Position numbers and translations under genes: made by a program
Shown: positions 15,490 through 21,749 of the stretch, piece by piece
Layout of the letters: every line of letters begins with the position of its first letter
How positions within the stretch are numbered: the stretch's first letter is position 1
Source of the DNA: Elusimicrobiota bacterium
GTDB lineage: Bacteria; Elusimicrobiota; Elusimicrobia; UBA1565
DNA: 21,749 nucleotides
NCBI GenBank assembly: GCA_043819795.1
Contig: JBDREN010000020.1
Coordinates: forward strand, 1 to 21,749
Direction: 5' to 3'
Notes under the pieces: model-generated
What the model saw: the letters and a program-made list of their open reading frames with translations, nothing else
The model's database searches: none
What the model was told of the DNA's origin: nothing

Positions 15490-16317
15490 ATGATCTTCGG
15501 GGTGCATTGCGACGTGCGGGGCGGCTACGTGCCGGCCTTGCGCCACGCCGAGTCCCTCGGCTGCGGGGCCATGCAGATGCTCTCCTACCGCAGGCACCAC
15601 GAGCCCGTACCGGACGAGCTCGCAGGGTTCCGCGCCGCCTTCTCCGAGAGCGCTCTTTCCCGCCTCGTGCTCCATGTCCGGTACCTGCCGTCGCTGGGCG
15701 CGGAGGACGCCGGACGCCGGCGGCGCTCGGTGGACCTGCTCGCTCGCGAGGTCCGGCTCGCGAGGTCGCTCGGGGGGGATTGGCTCGTCATGCACATGGG
15801 CGCCTATTCGTCCGGATCGAGCCTGGTCCGGGGGACCCGCCTGTTCGCCGAGGGCGTCCGGGCGGCCTTGGATGAGGCCGGCGCGGAGGTCCCGCTCGCG
15901 GTGGAGAACGTGCCGGGGGGCGGCCGCAGGATGGGCGGAAGCCTCGAGGAGCTGGCCGCGCTTCTCGAGGCGCTCGACCGGCTTTCGGTGCGGGCCCACG
16001 TCTGTCTCGACACGGCGCATGCCTGGGCCTACGGCTACGAGATCGACGGCCGCGAGGGCATGTGGCGCTTCCTCGGGAAGCTGCACCGGCTGATCGGCGC
16101 CGAGCGGGTCTCCGTCTTCCATCTCAGCGACACCCGGGTCCCGCTGGGCGCGCATCGCGAGCATCATTGGCATCTGGGGGAAGGGTTCCTCGGGACCGAG
16201 TGCCTGGCTTCTCTTTTCGAGAGGGAGGAGTTCCGGACGGCCGTCGGGATCCTTGAGACGCCCGCGGGGGCCGGCTTGGACGCGGCCAACCTCAAGCGGG
16301 CGCATAGCCTGTTGTAG
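15490..16317 (+). CDS. nfo: Endonuclease IV-like AP endonuclease (family 2)
   Basis: FGVH, LHVRYL, MHMG, VENVPG, CLDTAH, FHLSD, HHWHLGEG and ILETP metal-ligand pattern. Confidence 0.85.
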   Translation: MIFGVHCDVRGGYVPALRHAESLGCGAMQMLSYRRHHEPVPDELAGFRAAFSESALSRLVLHVRYLPSLGAEDAGRRRRSVDLLAREVRLARSLGGDWLVMHMGAYSSGSSLVRGTRLFAEGVRAALDEAGAEVPLAVENVPGGGRRMGGSLEELAALLEALDRLSVRAHVCLDTAHAWAYGYEIDGREGMWRFLGKLHRLIGAERVSVFHLSDTRVPLGAHREHHWHLGEGFLGTECLASLFEREEFRTAVGILETPAGAGLDAANLKRAHSLL

Positions 16318-16405
16318 TCCGCGCGGCCGGCGGTTTGCGCCGCCAAACGACCGCTCATCCGTCGGGCGTGCCGCCCGACATCCAACGGACCGCTGAGGAA
16401 GCACA

Positions 16406-16436
16406 CGGCGAGAAACCCTGTAGGGGCTTCTCGCCG
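16406..16436. terminator. Hairpin between convergent nfo and receiver-MBL genes
   Basis: CGGCGAGAA...TTCTCGCCG stem with inner CCCT/AGGG pairing. No U-tract. Confidence 0.5.
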
Positions 16437-16442
16437 CGTAGA

Positions 16443-17681
16443 TCAGAACTCCATCTCCAGGCCGTCGCGCGCGACCTTGCAGGGAATCGGCGATCCCTTC
16501 TCGTCGAGCAGCTTGACCGACTGCGCCTCGATCTCGTCGAGGTCCGCGTCCGAGTAGGACGGGTCGGGATGGAAGAGGATGAGCCGCCCCACGTCGTTCT
16601 CGGCGGCGAACTCCACGGTGTTCGAGAAGGAGGAGTGCCCCTCGTTCTTGTGCGTGGCGTAGTCCTCCTCGCGGTAGCGCGCGTCGTGGATGAAGAGATC
16701 GACGCCCCGGCAGACCCGGCCGATCTTCTCATCGTAGTCCTGGAGGGCGGTGGCCGAATCCCCGTAGATCTCGCTGGCCGGGAAGTAGGCGATGCGCCGG
16801 CCGGCGAGCTCGAACAGGAAACCGAGGGTGGTGCCCGGGTGGTTCGCGTAGTACGCCGAGACGCGCAGCCCGGGGAGCAGCTCGTAGGTGTCCTCGCGGA
16901 GCTCGTGGAGCTGAATCCGGGCCGTGACGGGCGTCGGATCGGCCGCGAAGGAGCGCTGGATGGCTTCGCGGAGGAGGTCGGCGAGCCCCTTGTCGGGCTC
17001 GCGGGGCCCCGCCACCCGCAGCTGGAAGCCGTCGGAGCGCAGGCAGGGAAAGAGCCCGAGGCCGCTGACGTGGTCCGGGTGGAAGTGCGAGAGCATCAGC
17101 CAGGCTTGGCGGTAGACGCCTTCCTTCACGATCCGCTCGCCGAGCGGGACGATCCCCTTGCCCGCGTCAAGGACGAAGAGCGTATCGAGGGCCTCCAGCG
17201 TCAGGCACGGGGCCGAGTCCCGCTCGGCGTGGCCCCACACGCGCAGGCGCACGGCCGCGGGGGATTTCGGCTCGCCGGCGGCGTGCGCTCCCGCGGGCTT
17301 GGGGCCTCCCTTCGGGGGGCCGATGAGCTCGATGATCTTCTTGGAGAAGGCCTTGACGTCGTAGGGCTTCTGGATGAACATCTCGGCCCCGTACTCTTTG
17401 GCGCGCTCGATCTCCGCCGAGAAGGACTTGCCGGAGACCACCGCGACGCGGGTGGAGGCGAGATCGGGATCGTTCTTGATCGTGTGCAGAAGGGTCAATC
17501 CGTCGATGCCGGGCATCAGGATGTCGAGCAGGACCAGCCTCGGCCGGTCCTCCTTGAGGGCTCCCAGGGCCAGGTTGCTGTCGCGGATCACGCGGGTCGT
17601 GAAGCCGGCCTCCGTGAGGAGGTCGTTGGAAAGGTCCCCGACGAGAGGATCGTCGTCGACGATAAGAATCTCGGCCGACAT
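16443..17681 (-). CDS. Response-regulator receiver domain fused to an MBL-fold (RNase Z/phosphodiesterase-like) hydrolase
   Basis: Receiver motifs ILIVDDD, LLDILMPGIDG, VSG and QKP. MBL motifs LDAGKG, SHFHPDH, NHPG, HDA, GHS and LFH. Confidence 0.9.
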   Translation of the reverse strand: MSAEILIVDDDPLVGDLSNDLLTEAGFTTRVIRDSNLALGALKEDRPRLVLLDILMPGIDGLTLLHTIKNDPDLASTRVAVVSGKSFSAEIERAKEYGAEMFIQKPYDVKAFSKKIIELIGPPKGGPKPAGAHAAGEPKSPAAVRLRVWGHAERDSAPCLTLEALDTLFVLDAGKGIVPLGERIVKEGVYRQAWLMLSHFHPDHVSGLGLFPCLRSDGFQLRVAGPREPDKGLADLLREAIQRSFAADPTPVTARIQLHELREDTYELLPGLRVSAYYANHPGTTLGFLFELAGRRIAYFPASEIYGDSATALQDYDEKIGRVCRGVDLFIHDARYREEDYATHKNEGHSSFSNTVEFAAENDVGRLILFHPDPSYSDADLDEIEAQSVKLLDEKGSPIPCKVARDGLEMEF

Positions 17682-17708
17682 GGCCCCAGTATTCTATAAT
17701 AATATCCC
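17682..17708. promoter_or_regulatory. Compact bidirectional promoter
   Basis: 27-bp gap between divergent ATGs. TATAAT (+, 17695-17700) overlaps TAGAAT (-, 17696-17691). Confidence 0.65.
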
Positions 17709-18296
17709 ATGACAATGCGGATCATCGCGGGAAGCGCCCGGGGACGCCGGATCTTGTCCGTCCCGAAAAACATGAAGCTGCGGCCCATCTCCGCGAGGAT
17801 CCGGCAGTCGCTCTTCGACATCATCCGCCCGCGCGTCACCGCGTCCCACTTCCTCGACCTGTTCGCGGGAACGGGCGCGGTCGGCCTCGAGGCCCTCTCG
17901 CGCAACGCTCAGCGGGTCTGTTTCGTGGACCGGGACCCCCGCTGCCTGAGGGTCGTCGAGAAGAACATCGAGCGGCTCGGATTCTCGGACCGGGCGGTGG
18001 CTGTGCGGGGCAACGTCCTCGGGGCGCTCTCGTGGATCCCCTACCGCGCCCGGGTGAAGGATTTCGATCTGGTCTTCATGGGGCCTCCGTACCGCGACGA
18101 GGACAACCGGCCACTGGAATACTCCAATACGGTCCTGACCGGCGTGGCCGGCGCCAAGCTCCTGGCCCGCGACGGCTGGGCCATCGTCCAGCACCACCAG
18201 AACGAGAATCCGGGCGAGGTCAAGGGGATGGAGCGTTTCCGGCAGGAGCGCTACGGCGACTCCCGCGTCACGTTCTACCGGCATAGGCGCCGATGA
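17709..18296 (+). CDS. rsmD: 16S rRNA m2G966 methyltransferase
   Basis: MRIIAGSARGR, RP...RIRQSLFDII, FLDLFAGTGAVGLEALSR, PPY and RYGDS. Confidence 0.92.
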   Translation: MTMRIIAGSARGRRILSVPKNMKLRPISARIRQSLFDIIRPRVTASHFLDLFAGTGAVGLEALSRNAQRVCFVDRDPRCLRVVEKNIERLGFSDRAVAVRGNVLGALSWIPYRARVKDFDLVFMGPPYRDEDNRPLEYSNTVLTGVAGAKLLARDGWAIVQHHQNENPGEVKGMERFRQERYGDSRVTFYRHRRR

Positions 18297-19084
18297 CCTG
18301 GATCGAGGACTGGCTCTGCGCCCACCCGGCCCCGCCGGCGCAGGCCCGGCCCCGGGGGATCGACATCAGCTATTCCCAGATCCGGGCCTACCTCGATTGC
18401 CCCTGGCAGTACCGCCTGCGCTACGTCAGCTTCCTGCGCGCGCGCCTCACGGCCCCGGCGGCCCTGGGCCTCTCGATCCACCACGCGCTCGAGGCGTTCC
18501 ACCGCGAGGCTGGCTCCAGATGGGAACGTCTCCTGGAGTGCTACGACGAGAACTGGGTTCATTCCGGCTTTACGACCGCGCCGGAGCAGATGGAGTGGTA
18601 CCGGAAGGGCGAGGCGATCCTCAAGACGTACTTCGACGGCGAGGCCGCCCGGCGCTCGGAGATCGTCGCCGTGGAGCGCGAATTCCTGCTGCCGCTCGGG
18701 GCGCATACGCTCCACGGCACGATCGACCGGATCGACCGGCGCCCCGACGGCGACCACGAGGTGATCGACTACAAGACCCACCTCGATATCCAGACCGAGG
18801 CCCAGGCCGCCGACGACCTGCAACTCGGCATTTACGGGCTGGGCGCCGATGAGAGCCTCGCGATCGACCCGCGCTGGCTGACGCTCTACTACGTGGCGGC
18901 GGACCGCCGCGTGAGCGTGCCTTACGACCCGGACCGCAACGAGCTCATCGAGGCCCTGATCATGCGGGTGGCCGACCTCGCGGCCCGGGGCCGCGCCTTC
19001 GCGCCGGACACGTCCTTCTGCGCCCGCTGCGGCTTCCGCGAGCGCTGCGCCCACTCGGTCGCGAAGGAAGAGCCGGGCGGATAG
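18293..19084 (+). CDS. PD-(D/E)XK (RecB/AddB-like) nuclease family protein
   Basis: SYSQI...CP, G...H, E, GTIDRID, VIDYKT, QLGIY and CARCGFRERC. ATGA overlap with rsmD. Confidence 0.92.
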   Translation: MTWIEDWLCAHPAPPAQARPRGIDISYSQIRAYLDCPWQYRLRYVSFLRARLTAPAALGLSIHHALEAFHREAGSRWERLLECYDENWVHSGFTTAPEQMEWYRKGEAILKTYFDGEAARRSEIVAVEREFLLPLGAHTLHGTIDRIDRRPDGDHEVIDYKTHLDIQTEAQAADDLQLGIYGLGADESLAIDPRWLTLYYVAADRRVSVPYDPDRNELIEALIMRVADLAARGRAFAPDTSFCARCGFRERCAHSVAKEEPGG

Positions 19085-19112
19085 ACGCCCGCCGCCGAGA
19101 CGTCTTGGCGAT

Positions 19113-21254
19113 ATGAGACTCCCAACCGCCGCTTGCGCGATGCTTCTCCAGGCGGCGCTTCTATCCGTCTTCGCCGCCGCCCCTTCCTCCCCGGCGTGGT
19201 CCGCCCCCGCCTCCCTCCTGTCCGAAGCCGAGAACGGCGACGCCGAGGCCCAGTACAAGCTCGGCGTCGTGTACGCGGATCAGGGAGAGACCGAGGCGGA
19301 CCAGGCGGAGGCGTTCCTGTGGCTTCGGAAAGCGGCGGAGCAGGGCCATGCGAAGGCCCAGACCAAACTGGCCGGACTATATCGGGGAGGCCTGGGGGCG
19401 GGGGAGGACCCCGCCGAGGCGGCGGCTTGGTACCGGAAAGCCGCGGAGCAAGGGGAAGCCTACGCGCAGTACAATCTGGCCGTGATGCACGACGAAGGCG
19501 CGGGCGTCCCACAGGACCATGCCGCGGCCGCCCGATGGTATATGCGGGCGGCGGAGCAGGGTCTGGCCGAGGCCCAATACAACCTGGCGGCGGCCTATCA
19601 CGCCGGAGAGGGAGTGGAGGAGGACTACGCCGCCTCGGCCGAGTGGAGCCGGCGAGCCGCGGAGCAGGGGATGGCCTTGGCGCAATACGCGTACGGAGCC
19701 CTCCTTTCTTTCGGACACGGGGTGCAGAGGGATACTGTCGCGGCGGCCGCCTGGTTCCTCAAGGCCGCCGAGCAGGGGGAGCCGAGCGCCCAAGCCGCTC
19801 TCGGGGTCGCCTATGAGAAGGGGAGGGGCGTCGAGCAGGACCACGTCCGGGCCGTGAACTGGTACCGGAAGTCCGCGGAGCAGGGCGACGCCCTCGCCCA
19901 GTACAATCTGGCCCAACTCTACGCCAAGGGCCTGGGCGTGGAGCAGGATCATGCGGCCGCGGCCGAGTGGTACCGGAGAGCCGCGGACCAGGGCCTGGAT
20001 GTGGCGCAATATGCGTGCGGCTACGTCCATGCCAGGGGCAGGGGCGTGCATAGGGACTATGCCGCCGCGATCGAGTGGTTCCGGAAGGCCGCCGGGCAGG
20101 GCTTCGCGCTGGCTCAATTCGGGCTGGGGACCCTGTACTCCGAGGGCAAAGGCGTGGAGCTGGATCCGGCCGCGGCGGCGGAGTGGTACCGGAAGGCCGC
20201 CGAGCAGGGGGAGCCGAACGCCCAAAGCGCTCTCGGGTTCCTCTACGGCAAGGGGATGGGCGTCGAGCAGGACTACGTCCAGGCGGAGAGCTGGCTCCGG
20301 AAAGCCGCGGAGCAGGACGATGCCGACGCCCAATACTACCTGGGAGCGCAGTACATGCTGGGGAAGGGCGTCTCCGGGGACGATGGCGAAGCCTTGAAGT
20401 GGTACCGCTCGGCCGCGGAGCAGGGACACGCGTTCGCCGCGCATGACCTGGGGGTGATGCACCACCTGGGCCGTGGAGTGGAGCGGGACCATGCCCAGGC
20501 GCTGAAGTGGTTCCGCTTAGGCGCCGATAAGGGGGCCGCCCGGGCCCAGCACGCGGTCGGGACATACTATGAGACGGGCCTCGTGGTGAAAAAAGACCTC
20601 GCCGAGGCCATCCGGTGGTACCGCGAAGCCGCCAAACAGCCGGGCCCCTTCTCCGGATCCATCTCCGAGGAAGGGAGGACCGATCCCGCTCCGATCGCTC
20701 CGTACGCGGGAGAGGATCCCGAGGGAACGGCGGTGGCGCGCTACGAATTGGCCTTGATCCACACCGAGGGCCGCGGAGTCCCGCCGGACTACGCCCAAGG
20801 ACTGATGTGGTACCGCAAGGCCGCGGAGTTGGGAAGCCTCGAGGCGCAGGACGATCTCGGATACATCCATTTCTCCGGCCGCGGCGTGCCGCGGAACTAC
20901 CAGGAATCCCTCAAATGGACCCGCAAGGCCGCGGCGAGGGGGAGCAAGTACGCGCAGTTTCGCCTGGCGTACATGTACATGGCGGGCATGGGAGTGAAGG
21001 AGGATCATGCCGAGGCGTTCAAGTGGTACCGGAAGGCCGCCGAGCAGGGCTATCCCAAGTCCCGGCTCAGCCTGGGAATCATGTACTTCCGAGGCTGGGG
21101 CGTCGAGAAGGACCACCTTCAGGCGTATATGTGGCTCTGGCTGGCCGAAAAGGCCGGGGAGAAGGACGCCCGCAGGTACATGGAGGACCTCCGTTCCGCT
21201 CTGACGCCGGAGCAGATCGAAGAAGCCGAATCGCGCGCCCGCGCGATCAAGTAA
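19113..21254 (+). CDS. Secreted Sel1-like repeat protein (17 repeats of 36 aa)
   Basis: Signal peptide followed by repeated AQxxLGxxYxxGxGVxxDxxxAxxWYRKAAEQG. Confidence 0.95.
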   Translation: MRLPTAACAMLLQAALLSVFAAAPSSPAWSAPASLLSEAENGDAEAQYKLGVVYADQGETEADQAEAFLWLRKAAEQGHAKAQTKLAGLYRGGLGAGEDPAEAAAWYRKAAEQGEAYAQYNLAVMHDEGAGVPQDHAAAARWYMRAAEQGLAEAQYNLAAAYHAGEGVEEDYAASAEWSRRAAEQGMALAQYAYGALLSFGHGVQRDTVAAAAWFLKAAEQGEPSAQAALGVAYEKGRGVEQDHVRAVNWYRKSAEQGDALAQYNLAQLYAKGLGVEQDHAAAAEWYRRAADQGLDVAQYACGYVHARGRGVHRDYAAAIEWFRKAAGQGFALAQFGLGTLYSEGKGVELDPAAAAEWYRKAAEQGEPNAQSALGFLYGKGMGVEQDYVQAESWLRKAAEQDDADAQYYLGAQYMLGKGVSGDDGEALKWYRSAAEQGHAFAAHDLGVMHHLGRGVERDHAQALKWFRLGADKGAARAQHAVGTYYETGLVVKKDLAEAIRWYREAAKQPGPFSGSISEEGRTDPAPIAPYAGEDPEGTAVARYELALIHTEGRGVPPDYAQGLMWYRKAAELGSLEAQDDLGYIHFSGRGVPRNYQESLKWTRKAAARGSKYAQFRLAYMYMAGMGVKEDHAEAFKWYRKAAEQGYPKSRLSLGIMYFRGWGVEKDHLQAYMWLWLAEKAGEKDARRYMEDLRSALTPEQIEEAESRARAIK

Positions 21255-21610
21255 TCCGTTCCATCCAAGAAGCCTCCCTGCCGCACAAATAGGCTGACCG
21301 CCCACACGGTATTAGCATACCCCGTAAGCCGGAAATTCATTGCGGAGCTCACATGGAATAACTAGAATCTCCATGAGCACCGATTCGCAGGTCGTCCCAC
21401 GGTCGCCGGCTGTTGAATACGCGCCAGACATTGCGACGCTCATGACCCGGGGCGCCCTTGACGTCAAGAGCTTGGCCGGCGGGATGCTGCTCAAGCGCTG
21501 GCCAGCCTCAGGGACTCAGGTTTGACGAGGTGTATCCGAGCACGGCCACCTCCATGCCGGGATGCAGAGGCCAATATACATGCTTACGGGCGGCTGAACC
21601 GGGACTGAAT

Positions 21611-21749
21611 CCAGACCTACTGACATAGGCCCGGGATCTTTTGTCCGCTTTTCGGCGTTTCCGGCCTCATGAGGCCACCCCGAACCGCAGCCGCAGTTCA
21701 GTCCCTGGGAAGCAGATCTCCATCCCGTTGAGCGCGCCGCACATGTCCG
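21611..21749 (-). mobile_element. Probable end of an insertion sequence entering from the right
   Basis: A minus-strand frame ending DMCGALNGMEICFPGTELRLRFGVAS* (stop 21669-21667) resembles transposase C-termini of the LCxxLNxxxxxFPGTxLRL type. ATGTCAGTAGGTCTGG follows, similar to element ends I recall (unverified). Confidence 0.45.

Noticed and set aside
18293..19084. Cas4 / CRISPR adaptation gene
   Set aside because: There is no cas1, cas2 or array, and the housekeeping context fits a solo PD-(D/E)XK nuclease.
21381..21393. CGATTC-GCAGGTC resembling the tRNA-Ala 3' end (possible attR)
   Set aside because: Only 13 nt match, and only with a 3-nt gap. The intervening DNA contains core genes, so chance is likely.
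26..21525. Many long alternative-frame and antisense ORFs in the track (e.g. 383-1084, 4904-6424, 7021-8844, 11777-13924, 13869-15389, 16335-17699, 19377-20492)
   Set aside because: They are shadow frames of GC-rich genes: Arg/Pro/Gly-rich or antisense translations with no motifs, overlapping well-supported CDSs.
21321..21591. 9-bp inverted repeat CCCGTAAGC/GCTTACGGG (MITE-like) and a ~50-aa ORF between the arms
   Set aside because: The match does not extend, there is no target duplication, and the ORF lacks an SD and coding-like codon bias.

Overview
GC-rich bacterial chromosomal window with three parts. (i) 1-4700 is an accessory, rearranged segment. It holds the 3' part of a thrombospondin type-3 (TSP3) repeat gene with a 15x11-mer helical tail, an orphan TSP3 repeat, a decayed copy of the tRNA-Ala promoter, leader and 5' half, a NifU/Nfu-domain gene, an orphan TSP3-associated C-terminal cassette with its own terminator between 23-bp direct repeats, a secreted HEAT-repeat protein and a gene fragment. 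(ii) 4770-10050 begins with tRNA-Ala(GGC). An unusual arsenic operon follows (arsR, arsM, a 60-aa Cys-rich ORF and a tandem CMD/AhpD protein, with two matching operator-like boxes), then a divergent iron-sulfur flavoprotein coupled to an Mrr_N-like/SRA-like/HNH nuclease, a gene fragment and an ankyrin lipoprotein. (iii) 10060-21254 holds core-like genes: an MBL hydrolase, TauE, a CPBP protease, an M20 peptidase, an aldehyde dehydrogenase, nfo, a receiver-MBL fusion, rsmD, a PD-(D/E)XK nuclease and a Sel1-repeat protein. The window ends in a probable transposase 3' end. No integrase or CRISPR array is visible. All family calls come from motif recognition by eye, not database searches.
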